Position numbers and translations under genes: made by a program. The notes beneath the pieces were generated by a model, which saw only the letters and a list, made by a program, of their open reading frames with translations, did not search any database and was not told where the DNA came from. This document shows, piece after piece, positions 10,881 through 20,104 of a DNA stretch of 64,000 bases. Each line of letters opens with the position of its first letter. Position 1 is the first letter of the stretch. The stretch lies in NCBI GenBank assembly GCA_963602825.1, contig CAVCKO010000013.1:64-64063 (forward strand), in the 5' to 3' direction. The DNA comes from Treponemataceae bacterium. GTDB taxonomy: Bacteria; Actinomycetota; Coriobacteriia; Coriobacteriales; Coriobacteriaceae.

Positions 10881-11741
10881 ATGAATACCGATATGTCTCG
10901 TCGTCAGTTTGTTGGTCTAGCCGGCTCGCTCGCCACGGTGCTCGGCCTTGGCCTGGTCGGCTGCGGCGGCGGTGCTGACAAGGGCTCCACTGCTGGTTCC
11001 GCCGCAGCCAAGGACGTGAAGGGCGCCGCGGAGTCCAAGAAGCTCGTGGTGGGCTTTGACAAGTCCTATCCTCCGTACGGTTTTGTGGGCGATGACGGTG
11101 AGTACACCGGTTTTGACCTTGACCTTGCCAAGGCCGTTGCTGACAAGCAGGGCTGGGACGTTGAGTACGAGGCCATCGACTGGGATGCCAAGGACACGCT
11201 GCTCAACTCGGGTGCCATCAACTGCATCTGGAACGGCTTTACCATGGAGGGCCGCGAGGACGACTACACGTTCTCCGAGCCGTACATGCTTAACGAGCAG
11301 GTGCTCGTGGTCAAGAAGGACGCGGGTATCAAGAGCTGGGACGATCTTGCCGGCAAGACCGTGATTACCCAGACTGATTCCGCCGCACAGGATGTGCTCG
11401 AGGGCGACCAGAAGGATTTGGCCGCGACGTTTGCCACGCTCGATACCATCGGTGAGTACAACACGGCGTTTATGCAGCTCGAGAGTGGTGCAGTCGATGC
11501 CGTTGCCTGTGACCTCTCGATCGCTCAGTATCAGCTTGCCGCCAAGCCCGATGCCTATACGCAGCTCGACAAGCCGCTGTCCAGCGAGCACTACGCCGTT
11601 GGCTTCAAGAAGGGCGACACCAAGTCCGCCGATGCCGTGACCGAGTCGCTCAAGGCACTCTACGAGGATGGCACGGTCAAGGACCTCTGTGATAAATATG
11701 CAGATTACGGTCTGTCTTTCGATAATTGGGTGCTCAAGTAA
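10881..11741 (+). CDS. Polar amino-acid ABC transporter substrate-binding lipoprotein
   Basis: SRRQF twin-arginine signal and LVGC lipobox; YPPYGF, GFDLDLA, CIWNG SBP_bac_3 features. Confidence 0.93.
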   Translation: MNTDMSRRQFVGLAGSLATVLGLGLVGCGGGADKGSTAGSAAAKDVKGAAESKKLVVGFDKSYPPYGFVGDDGEYTGFDLDLAKAVADKQGWDVEYEAIDWDAKDTLLNSGAINCIWNGFTMEGREDDYTFSEPYMLNEQVLVVKKDAGIKSWDDLAGKTVITQTDSAAQDVLEGDQKDLAATFATLDTIGEYNTAFMQLESGAVDAVACDLSIAQYQLAAKPDAYTQLDKPLSSEHYAVGFKKGDTKSADAVTESLKALYEDGTVKDLCDKYADYGLSFDNWVLK

Positions 11742-12394
11742 TGTCTATTCAGGTCATGATGCAGATGCTTGGCCAGGGGTTCTTGGTCAGCTTGCAGCTG
11801 TTTGTGCTGACGCTGCTGGGGTCGATTCCGCTGGGAATCCCCGTGGCGTTTATGCGCATGAGCAAAATTGCGCCGCTCCGCTGGATTGCGCGCATCTACA
11901 TTTCGGTCATGCGCGGTACGCCGCTCATGTTGCAGATGTTTGCCATCTACTTTGCCCCGTACTACGTGTTTGGCATTTCGCTCACGCCCGATTCCAAGTG
12001 GACGGCGTGCGTCGTGGCGTTCATCATCAACTACGCCGGTTACTTTGCCGAGATCTATCGCTCGGGCTTGCAGTCCATTCCGCGCGGTCAATACGAGGCT
12101 GCCGAGGTGCTGGGCTACTCGCGCATGCAGACGTTTCTGTATATCGTGATGCCGCAGGTCGCCAAGCGCATTTTGCCGGCGATGGGCAACGAGATCATCA
12201 CACTGGTCAAAGACACGTCGCTGGCGTTTGCCATTGGCGTGGGGGAGATGTTCTCGACGGCCAAGGCACTGGTCGCCTCGCAGGTGAGCATGGTGCCGTT
12301 TGCAATCGCGGCGCTGATTTACTGGGTCTTTAACTTTGTGGTCGAGATGCTGCTGGGCGCCGCCGAAAAGAAGCTGGACTATTATCATGACTAA
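11741..12394 (+). CDS. Polar amino-acid ABC transporter permease
   Basis: RGTPLMLQ, YFAEIYRSG, GQYEAA, LVKDTSL; TAATG overlap with upstream gene. Confidence 0.94.
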   Translation: MSIQVMMQMLGQGFLVSLQLFVLTLLGSIPLGIPVAFMRMSKIAPLRWIARIYISVMRGTPLMLQMFAIYFAPYYVFGISLTPDSKWTACVVAFIINYAGYFAEIYRSGLQSIPRGQYEAAEVLGYSRMQTFLYIVMPQVAKRILPAMGNEIITLVKDTSLAFAIGVGEMFSTAKALVASQVSMVPFAIAALIYWVFNFVVEMLLGAAEKKLDYYHD

Positions 12395-13151
12395 CTCGGT
12401 GATGAAAATCGAAAGCGCGCGCAAGGCGTTTGGTGGCAATGAGGTGCTCAAGGACATCTCGCTCGAGGTGAAGCGCGGCGAGGTCGTGGCGATTATCGGG
12501 CCTTCGGGCGGCGGTAAGTCCACGCTGCTGCGCTGTGCCACGCTGCTCGAGACGCTCGACGGCGGCTCGCTCTCGTTTGGCGACCTTGCCGTCGCGACGG
12601 ATGCGGGTTCGGGCGCGATGTACGCAAAGGGCGATGTACCTAAACAGGCGCGCTCGCGGTTCGGTCTGGTGTTTCAGAACTACAATCTGTTCCCGCACTA
12701 TACCGTGATGAAAAACATCACCGATGCACCGATCCGCGTGCTTAGGCGTCCGCGCGAGCAGGCGGAGGCCCGCGCACACGAGCTTATTGCACAGATGGGG
12801 CTTACGGGTAACGAGAACAAGGTACCCTGCGAGCTTTCGGGCGGTCAGCAGCAGCGCGTGAGTATTGCCCGCGCCCTGGCGCTCGACCCGGAAATCTTGT
12901 TCTTTGATGAGCCGACCTCGGCGCTCGATCCAGAGCTGACGGCTGAGGTGCTGCGCGTCATCAAGGATTTGGCCGCGCAGAATATGACGATGGTGATCGT
13001 GACGCACGCGATGCAGTTTGCCCGCGACGTTGCCGACCGCGTGGTCTTTATGGATGGCGGTCGTATTGTCGAGGAGGGTCCTGCCGAGCAGGTTATCGAT
13101 CATCCGCGCGAGCAGCGTACACGCGAGTTCTTGAGCCGTATCGAGGGATAG
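12387..13151 (+). CDS. Polar amino-acid ABC transporter ATP-binding protein
   Basis: GPSGGGKST, LSGGQQQR, FDEPTSALDPE. Confidence 0.94.
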   Translation: MTNSVMKIESARKAFGGNEVLKDISLEVKRGEVVAIIGPSGGGKSTLLRCATLLETLDGGSLSFGDLAVATDAGSGAMYAKGDVPKQARSRFGLVFQNYNLFPHYTVMKNITDAPIRVLRRPREQAEARAHELIAQMGLTGNENKVPCELSGGQQQRVSIARALALDPEILFFDEPTSALDPELTAEVLRVIKDLAAQNMTMVIVTHAMQFARDVADRVVFMDGGRIVEEGPAEQVIDHPREQRTREFLSRIEG

Positions 13152-13184
13152 GCTCAGCTATTTGCTCAACTATTTATTGAGGTG

Positions 13185-13221
13185 AAACCGCCGCAGGTCT
13201 TATGATCTGTGGCGGTTTTTT
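13185..13221 (+). terminator. Terminator of the amino-acid ABC operon
   Basis: AAACCGCCGCAGGTC-ttat-GATCTGTGGCGGTTTTTT. Confidence 0.8.
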
Positions 13222-13457
13222 GCATCCGCGGGGTTCAATAATCGCCTCGCAAGCTCGCTCTCTCCTCTCGCCGCCCGTATCCATACGCGTGCCGAAAGGT
13301 CTGCATGGACAGGCGACTGCAAGGGTAGGGTGGTGGCATAGGACATTTGGAGGGTGAGTCGGCTCGGCTGCCGACCATGCTGCTCCCGGGACGGCACCGA
13401 CCGCGAACTCTCCCCGTTGGCGTCGCGCATCGCGCGCGACCCTGCAAGGAGGTCATC

Positions 13458-15533
13458 ATGGGTGCTCCCAAGACCGGCAATGTAAGGAACGTGGTGCTCG
13501 TAGGCCAAGGCGGGGTGGGCAAGACTTCACTCGCCGAGGCCATGCTCCACCTTTCCGGTAAGACCGCCCGCCTGGGCGGCCACGACGGCACCAAGCCCAC
13601 GCTCGACTATGACCCCGAAGAGGTCAAGCGTGCGTTTTCCATCTCGACGACCATCGCGCCGATTGACTGGAAGGGCGCCCGCATCAACGTGCTCGATGCC
13701 CCGTGCTACCCCGATTTTATCGGCGACGCCTTTGCCGCGATGAGCGTCTGCGAGACGGCGCTGTTTGTGGTCGACGCCGAGGCCGGCCCGCAGCCTACGA
13801 CGGTTAAGCTCTGGTATGCGGCCGAGGACCTGCGCCTGGCGCGCGCGGTGTTTGTGAACCGCCTGTCGCGTCCCGAGGCCAGCTTTGCGACCACCATGGA
13901 ACTGCTGCAGGAGCGCTTTGGTACGCGACTGGGCGCCGTGACTCTTCCCTGGGGCGAGGGCGAGGATTTTGACGGCATCATCGACCTGGTGCGCATGAAG
14001 GCGCGCCACTGCAACGGCACCGAAGCCGTTGAGTCGGAGATTCCCGAGGAGTATCGTGCCCAGGCCGAGGAGGCCCACGACCATCTGTGCGAGTTGGTGG
14101 CCGAGGCCGACGATGAGCTGATGATGAAGTACCTGGAAGGCGAGGAGACGCTGACGCAGGAGGAGCTTGAGGGTTTGTTGTCCAAGGCGATCGCCGAGCG
14201 CATCTTTGTGCCGGTCTTTGCGGGCGATTGCATTAAGGAGCAGGGCGTCAACTCGCTGATGGACGACATCGCCACGTACTTCCCGGCGCCGACTGACTAC
14301 GGCGAGATGCCGCTCATCGACGGCGACTCGCTTAAGATCTCGAGCGACGATGACCGCCCGGTGGCGTTTGTGTTTAAGACCCTGGCTGACCCGCAGCAGG
14401 GCCGCATCAGCTTTATCAAGGTGCTGACGGGCACGCTTGAGCCGGGCCTTGAGCTGGTCAACGCGCGTACCCGCAAGAGTGATCGTCTGGCTCACCTGTA
14501 TGTGATGTGCGGCCGCGACATGACCGAGGTCGGTCACGCCTATGCCGGCGACATTATCGTGGCGCCCAAGTTGGCGGCAGAGACGGGTGACACGCTCTCC
14601 ATTACCGGTAAGGTCGAGGCGGCGGCGTTTAAGTTCCCCAACTCGCAGTACCGCATTGCCATCGAGGCCGAGAACCGCGGCGATGAAGAGAAACTCTACA
14701 CGTTTATCGAGAAGGCCTGCAAGGCCGATCCGACCATGAGCATCGACCGCGACGAGGAGACTGGCCAAACCATTATCTCCGCCGTTGGTGAGGCGCAGGT
14801 TTCGGTGCTGCTCAACCGTTTGGAGGACCGTACCAAGGTTGTGGCAAAGAGCGTGCCGATTCGCATTCCGTATCGCGAGACCATCCGCCGCACGGCAAGC
14901 GCCCAGGGTCGCCACAAGAAGCAGACTGGCGGTGCCGGTCAGTACGGCGACTGCTGGCTGCGTGTTGAGCCGCTCATTGGTCCCGACGGCACGAGCGACG
15001 GCTATGAGTTTGTTGACGAGGTCGTGGGTGGCCGCATTCCGCGCTCGCTCATCCCCGCCGTGGACAAGGGCGTCCAGGAGACCATGAAGGACGGTATTAT
15101 TGCCGGCTATCCGCTCACGGGCATTCGCGTCGCGGTGTACGACGGCTCGTATCACAGCGTCGACTCCAACGAGATGGCGTTCCGCGCGGCGGCTCGTATC
15201 GGCCTGCGCAAGGCATGCGCCGATGCCGATCCGGTGGTACTGGAGCCCATCGAGGAAATCACGGTGACTATCCCCGAGAGCTACGCCGGCGCCGTGATGG
15301 GCGACATCTCGGCCTCGCGCGGTCGCGTGACGGGCATGGAGACCGATGAGCGCGGCGATACCGTGGTCATTTCCCAGGCGCCGCTGGCCGAGCTGACGGA
15401 TTATTCGACGCGCCTGCGCTCTATCACGCGCGGCACGGGCGACTTTACTATGAAGCCCGCAGGCTATGAGCAGGTGCCCTATGACGTGCAGGCCAAGCTG
15501 GTCGAGCGCTATGAGGAGGGCCGCGCCAAGTAA
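13458..15533 (+). CDS. Elongation factor G-like paralog (EF-G2) with degenerate GTPase motifs
   Basis: Full EF-G architecture (PYRETI, HKKQTGGAGQYG, DGSYHSVDSNEMAF, LEPI); not in the str operon; AAGGAGG RBS. Confidence 0.92.
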   Translation: MGAPKTGNVRNVVLVGQGGVGKTSLAEAMLHLSGKTARLGGHDGTKPTLDYDPEEVKRAFSISTTIAPIDWKGARINVLDAPCYPDFIGDAFAAMSVCETALFVVDAEAGPQPTTVKLWYAAEDLRLARAVFVNRLSRPEASFATTMELLQERFGTRLGAVTLPWGEGEDFDGIIDLVRMKARHCNGTEAVESEIPEEYRAQAEEAHDHLCELVAEADDELMMKYLEGEETLTQEELEGLLSKAIAERIFVPVFAGDCIKEQGVNSLMDDIATYFPAPTDYGEMPLIDGDSLKISSDDDRPVAFVFKTLADPQQGRISFIKVLTGTLEPGLELVNARTRKSDRLAHLYVMCGRDMTEVGHAYAGDIIVAPKLAAETGDTLSITGKVEAAAFKFPNSQYRIAIEAENRGDEEKLYTFIEKACKADPTMSIDRDEETGQTIISAVGEAQVSVLLNRLEDRTKVVAKSVPIRIPYRETIRRTASAQGRHKKQTGGAGQYGDCWLRVEPLIGPDGTSDGYEFVDEVVGGRIPRSLIPAVDKGVQETMKDGIIAGYPLTGIRVAVYDGSYHSVDSNEMAFRAAARIGLRKACADADPVVLEPIEEITVTIPESYAGAVMGDISASRGRVTGMETDERGDTVVISQAPLAELTDYSTRLRSITRGTGDFTMKPAGYEQVPYDVQAKLVERYEEGRAK

Positions 15534-15566
15534 CGTGTGGTTTTGCCTGCAATGTAGGTGCTGACG

Positions 15567-15601
15567 AAAAGGCCGCCCTGGGTAACCGGGCGGCCTTATT
15601 T
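15567..15601. terminator. Bidirectional terminator
   Basis: AAAAGGCCGCCC...GGGCGGCCTTATTT. Confidence 0.78.
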
Positions 15602-15642
15602 GATCCCTGGGGCTGCAAATCGATTCATGTCGCGGTTGGGGG

Positions 15643-16623
15643 CTAGTCCCCCGAGGCCTGGTTGCGGCCGGTGGCGTAGTCGATCTGCACGTGCGGCTGC
15701 AGGTTGTAGCAGTACACGTGGAAGCACAGGGTCTTGCCGTGGTCCTCGATCGATTGTGCTTCCAGACGAACGCCACGACAGACGAGTTCCTCTTCGTTGT
15801 ACATGGGCGTGACGCGGTAGAGCACATGGTTGCCTGTGTCGTGGATATAGTCGAGGATCTGCTCTTCAAACGGCAGCATGCCCGTTTCGTTGAGATAGCG
15901 CGTGCCGGTGAGGAGATTCTTGCGATTGGCGTTTTCGCCGCAGAGCGACCAGGCGATGAGGTGGCAACGGTTGTAGAGGCTTTGACCCGGAATAAAGTCG
16001 TAGCGCTGCTGGTGCCATCCGGCGGGGTGGATACGCGAGATATCCCCGCGCTTGCCTTGACCGAGCGATTCGGGGCCCACGCAGGCAAGCGCTTTGCGGG
16101 TGCGGCCCAGACTGTCGAGCTTGGAGAATTTCTTAAAGCAACCTTCTTCGGCGGCTCGTTCGTACTCGTCGAGCGTGAACGACGGCGTACCCAGTGGGTG
16201 CGTGCTATCGGCGCGCAGGGCGACATAGGGGTTGCCCGCATAGTCGGGAATGCTGCTGAGATATACGCCGCGTGCGCGGTCGAGGTCGGGGTTTTCGACC
16301 TCGTCGATGGGGGTGACGGAGCTATCTGAGGCGGCGTCGCTGGTGCCGGTCGAGGTGGCCTCGGAGCCATCGCCGGTGTCCTCGCCGCCATCGGAGTCCG
16401 CGGAGCTCGCCGTTCCCGATTCGAGTCGGGCGACCAGATCGGCCTCGTCGTCGGTGCGGCTAGGGCCCTCGTCTTGTTTCTCGGCCAGAGTTGCCGCTTG
16501 CTCATCGCTTTGCGGCGACAGCAGCTTGGGTGCGCCGTCGACCGATCCGACAAACAGCGCAAACCCCAGCACCACGGCGGTGCCGATGGAAAGTATTTGC
16601 TTATAGGCGGACTTGCGCGACAT
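15643..16623 (-). CDS. Membrane-anchored/secreted DNA/RNA non-specific endonuclease (His-Me finger, EndA/streptodornase-like)
   Basis: N-terminal hydrophobic segment, acidic linker, LDSLGR, PAGW, YNRCHLI, NLLTGTRYLN, YRVTP, NLQP. Confidence 0.88.
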   Translation of the reverse strand: MSRKSAYKQILSIGTAVVLGFALFVGSVDGAPKLLSPQSDEQAATLAEKQDEGPSRTDDEADLVARLESGTASSADSDGGEDTGDGSEATSTGTSDAASDSSVTPIDEVENPDLDRARGVYLSSIPDYAGNPYVALRADSTHPLGTPSFTLDEYERAAEEGCFKKFSKLDSLGRTRKALACVGPESLGQGKRGDISRIHPAGWHQQRYDFIPGQSLYNRCHLIAWSLCGENANRKNLLTGTRYLNETGMLPFEEQILDYIHDTGNHVLYRVTPMYNEEELVCRGVRLEAQSIEDHGKTLCFHVYCYNLQPHVQIDYATGRNQASGD

Positions 16624-16784
16624 GGAGGCTCCTGGCTAGACGGTTGGGAATCTACCAGTCTAGCAGGTGCCGCCGCGAGCCGTTCGATCGAACAAACACT
16701 TAAGATTTGGGACAAACACTGATGGATTTGTCCCACACAAACTTGCGGTTGGGATGTGTGAGCTCTAAAGAGCGGGGTCAAAGG

Positions 16785-16974
16785 TTAGAGAGATTGCGCT
16801 CGTCTCTCTAAGCGTCTCTCCAAAGCGAAAGTCGTTTAGAGAGACTCTTCCAGGCATTCTGCCAGCGGATTTGATGTACATCTCAAAATGTCTCTCTAAA
16901 ATAATGCATACATCTCTCTAAAGTTAGAGAGATGTACTAAACTTTAGAGAGATAAGTCTATTCTTTTAGAGAGA
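16785..16974. repeat. Array of TTAGAGAGA 9-mers in both orientations upstream of the AlbA_2/HATPase gene
   Basis: Eight perfect copies (16785+, 16803-, 16836+, 16891-, 16913-, 16924+, 16944+, 16966+) and one with a mismatch (16815-). Confidence 0.85.
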
Positions 16975-16978
16975 CGGA

Positions 16979-18679
16979 ATGCCAATGCTGCTGGATGAAC
17001 CCCTTGGCCTTATCGTCGAGCGTCTTCGCAGACGGGGGACCGACGATGCTTCGGTAGAAGTTAAAGCCTGCACGAATAAACTGAGCGCAGATGTATGGGA
17101 GACGGTGAGCGCTTTTGCGAACACTGCGGGCGGGCTCATTATCTTAGGCCTGAACGAGGCCGAAGGATTTGTTCCCTCAGCTAGCTTTGCTATTGACAGG
17201 GTGCGCGATCAGTTTGTTTCGGGTATCGGAGACGGGGGCTCAGCGGCAGTGGTGGCCCATGCGCCACGGTATGAGCTTGATCGGGGCGAGGTCGACGGGC
17301 TACAAGTGCTGTTGGTACGCATCTTTGAACTTGAGCTCAAAGCGAAGCCCTGCTATATCGAGGCACGCGGCGTGCAGAATGGTAGCTATAAGCGCGTGGA
17401 TGACAAAGATATCAAGATGTCGCCTGCTGAGCTATATGAGCTGCAGAGCGCATTGCATCCGAGCGATGCGGACGGCACGGTGGTCCCAGAGGCAACGATT
17501 GAGGATTTGGATCCAGATGTCGTGCGGTCTATTATCGCGAATCGTCGGTTGCAGACCCCGCGCGTTTTGCGCGGGGCCGATACGCTAGAAAAGCAGATGG
17601 TCCGACTTAATATCGTTACAAAAGATGGTGCCGTGAAGCTTGCGGGACTTCTGTCAGCAGGGATTTATCCCCAACAGTTCTATCCCAAGCTGATGATTGA
17701 TGTTGCCGTTCATTCCGATGTGGAAAAATCTGCACCCGGGCAGCCCCGGTTTATTGACCGCCAGCTGTGCGATGGTCCTATTCCGGCTTGTATCGAAGAT
17801 GCTCTCGCCGCGATCGGGCGTAACCTGCGCAAAGCGGCGATAGTGCAAGGCGCTGGTAGAAGGGAGGATTGGGAAGTTCCGCAGGAGGTTTTGCGCGAGG
17901 CCTTGGCGAACGCTTGCATCCATCGAGAATATTCGCCTATGTTCGTGGGGCAGGCCGTGAGTGTCGATATCTACCCAGATAGAATAGAGATTAAAAACCC
18001 CGGCGGGCTTTGGGGCGGAAAGACGGTGGACAATCTCGCGGACGGGGAATCGCGCTGTCGAAATCCAAAGCTCATGAGCCTGATGGGGGCGACGCCGCTG
18101 GAGCATGCCGAGGGGGCTGTTGCGGAAAGCCAGGGATCTGGTATCCCGGCTATGATTCGCGAGATGGAGTCTCGTTCGTTGGGCAGGCCGAAGTTTATTG
18201 TTAAGGCCGATTCGTTTACGGTGCTGCTTTTTCGGCATGGAGCGGAGCTCGCTGAAAATCGCACGTGGATTCAGGGTCATGTGAGCGCCGAGCTGACGGA
18301 TCGCGAGGAGACATTGCTCATGCTTATGAGGGAACATGGGTGCGTGTGCGATGTTCAAAAAATACGAGAGGCCTTGAAGTGGGATTCGGATGATATTCGT
18401 CTGATTTGCGGGGGCCTTGTCGATAAGCGTGTCTTGTCAAAGTGCGGCAAAGACACGTTTGAGATTGTCGATATGAACAGAGAATCGTCTGCCTCCACGG
18501 CGGATAGGATCCTGGAGGCCCTCAATGCCGGAGTTGACATGACGGCGCGCGAAATAGCGGTGGCAGCGGGGGTCAAGGTTGCATCCGTCCGCTACCATTT
18601 GCCAAAAATGGCCGAGAAGGGGCTTATCGAAGTCATGGGTTCACCAACGAGTCGCAATCGCCGCTATCGGAAGAAATAG
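16979..18679 (+). CDS. Schlafen/AlbA_2 + HATPase_c_4 ('RecG C-terminal-like') + winged-HTH protein
   Basis: VEVK...ETVSAFANTAGGLIILG; LREALANACIHREY, IEIKNPGGL, RNPKL, AESQGSGI; C-terminal HTH. Confidence 0.85.
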   Translation: MPMLLDEPLGLIVERLRRRGTDDASVEVKACTNKLSADVWETVSAFANTAGGLIILGLNEAEGFVPSASFAIDRVRDQFVSGIGDGGSAAVVAHAPRYELDRGEVDGLQVLLVRIFELELKAKPCYIEARGVQNGSYKRVDDKDIKMSPAELYELQSALHPSDADGTVVPEATIEDLDPDVVRSIIANRRLQTPRVLRGADTLEKQMVRLNIVTKDGAVKLAGLLSAGIYPQQFYPKLMIDVAVHSDVEKSAPGQPRFIDRQLCDGPIPACIEDALAAIGRNLRKAAIVQGAGRREDWEVPQEVLREALANACIHREYSPMFVGQAVSVDIYPDRIEIKNPGGLWGGKTVDNLADGESRCRNPKLMSLMGATPLEHAEGAVAESQGSGIPAMIREMESRSLGRPKFIVKADSFTVLLFRHGAELAENRTWIQGHVSAELTDREETLLMLMREHGCVCDVQKIREALKWDSDDIRLICGGLVDKRVLSKCGKDTFEIVDMNRESSASTADRILEALNAGVDMTAREIAVAAGVKVASVRYHLPKMAEKGLIEVMGSPTSRNRRYRKK

Positions 18680-18774
18680 ATGCAGTGACATTGCCTTTAT
18701 ACGGCTCTCCAAAAGGGGTAAACGTTTCTGGTTAATTTGTCCCATGAAGCTGCCAAAAGGGGTGGGCCCCGCCT

Positions 18775-18828
18775 GCGTTTCCCCAGATAAAACCGACCAA
18801 AATAAACCTGTTCCTTTTTGGCAGGTTT
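18775..18828 (+). repeat. Dispersed 54-bp REP-like repeat, copy 1
   Basis: 49/54 identical to the reverse complement of 44375-44428. Confidence 0.85.
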
Positions 18829-18835
18829 GCCCTCG

Positions 18836-18904
18836 AAGTTGCGGTGGAATAGTTCCTGGATGGCCCTTCTGGCTACATTTCAGGAACTATTTCACCGCAA
18901 GTTA
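18836..18904 (+). repeat. Palindromic REP-like element, left island border
   Basis: TTGCGGTGGAATAGTTCC...GGAACTATTTCACCGCAAGTTA; same-orientation copy at 39711-39778. Confidence 0.85.
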
Positions 18905-18970
18905 TTGGGCGGTTTGGATGGGAGGCGGTATTCTATTCTTTGTCGAGAACAATGTGAGAAAGAAGGCCCC

Positions 18971-19837
18971 ATGCCCGATATCATTCGTATCAGCGATACA
19001 CGGCTCGAGGAGCTTATTGCCGAGGACGTCCCCTATATCGATTTGACGACGCATATCCTGGGAATTGGTGACACGCCCGGCGCCATGGAGTATTACACGC
19101 GCGAGGACTGCGTGCTCTGCTGCACGGAGGAGGTTGCGCGCATGGCCGCCATGCTCAACCTGACGGTTGAGTGGTTTGAGCCTTCGGGCACCAAGGTCAA
19201 AGCCGGGCAGTCCTTTATGCGCGTGAACGGCACAGCCGCCAATTTGCATCTGCTGTGGAAGGTCGGCCTGAATATGTTCGACCACTACTCGGCCGTGGCG
19301 ACCAAGACGCGCAAGATGGTCGATGCGGCGCATGGCGCCAATCCCCTGTGCGAGGTGCTCACCACGCGCAAGAGCACGCCGGGCAACAAAGACCTGCTGA
19401 CCAAGGCAATCGTTGCGGGCGGGGCATTCCCGCACCGCATGGGCCTGTCCGAGACCGTGCTCGTGTTCGACAACCATACCAAGTTTATGACGGCGCCCTC
19501 CGGGGCGACGGGGCTCGACGCATTTATCGAGCTGTTGCCTCAGGTCCGTCGTCGTTGCATTGAGAAGAAACTGTTTGTGGAGGCAAACGCCGACGATGCG
19601 CGCCGACTGGTGAAGGCCGGCGTCGATGGCATCCAGTTTGACAAGGTTCCGGTTGCCGAACTGGCGGCGCTTGTGGAAGAGCTGCACGGGATCGATCCCC
19701 ATGTCTCTCTGGTGGCGGCGGGTGGCATTCGCCCCGACAACGCTGCCGAGTATGCGGCAACCGGCGTCGACGGCCTCGTGACCACGTCGTGCTTTACGGC
19801 AAGGCCCGTCGACATGAGCGTCAAGATGTTCGCCTAG
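18971..19837 (+). CDS. modD: ModD protein (NadC/QPRTase-like)
   Basis: IAEDVPYIDLTTHILG, TTRKSTPG, GGAFPHRMGLSETVLVFDNH, IQFDK, AAGGI; the Q-x-DK and SETVLVF features fit ModD rather than NadC. Confidence 0.88.
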   Translation: MPDIIRISDTRLEELIAEDVPYIDLTTHILGIGDTPGAMEYYTREDCVLCCTEEVARMAAMLNLTVEWFEPSGTKVKAGQSFMRVNGTAANLHLLWKVGLNMFDHYSAVATKTRKMVDAAHGANPLCEVLTTRKSTPGNKDLLTKAIVAGGAFPHRMGLSETVLVFDNHTKFMTAPSGATGLDAFIELLPQVRRRCIEKKLFVEANADDARRLVKAGVDGIQFDKVPVAELAALVEELHGIDPHVSLVAAGGIRPDNAAEYAATGVDGLVTTSCFTARPVDMSVKMFA

Positions 19838-20024
19838 CGCAACAGTCGGGGGTTCGTCAATGACCTGACGCCTGTATGCGCCGCTGCCGCTCGCGGAAAT
19901 AATTTCATTCGACCAAAACAATCTGTTTTGAAAGTCTGATGCGTCTACCTGCGAAAATAGATGTATCAGACTTTTTGTTTGAGTTTGCTTGTCCTGCCGT
20001 TGACGGAATCGGCCTTATATTCTC

Positions 20025-20053
20025 GCAAATAATTATTCTCAACAAAATATAAT
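20025..20053 (+). promoter_or_regulatory. Fur-family-like AT-rich box next to a perfect -10 (TATAAT 20048-20053)
   Basis: AAATAAT-T-ATTCTCA resembles the 7-1-7 TGATAAT-N-ATTATCA consensus. Confidence 0.5.
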
Positions 20054-20104
20054 TCCACAGACTATCGCCATATTGGTGAGATGCTGGAGGAAGGAAGTGA
20101 GAGC

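Noticed and set aside
13527..16781. Long antisense ORFs (also 4388-6298, 20201-23791, 23861-26446, 44879-46555, 55367-56833, 57639-59036)
   Set aside because: Shadow frames of GC-rich genes with no motifs or RBS.
16979..18679. True RecG helicase
   Set aside because: No SF2 Walker A/DExH motifs; only the so-called RecG C-terminal/HATPase_c_4-like region.
18971..19837. nadC (NAD biosynthesis)
   Set aside because: Sequence features fit ModD, and nadA/nadB are not adjacent.
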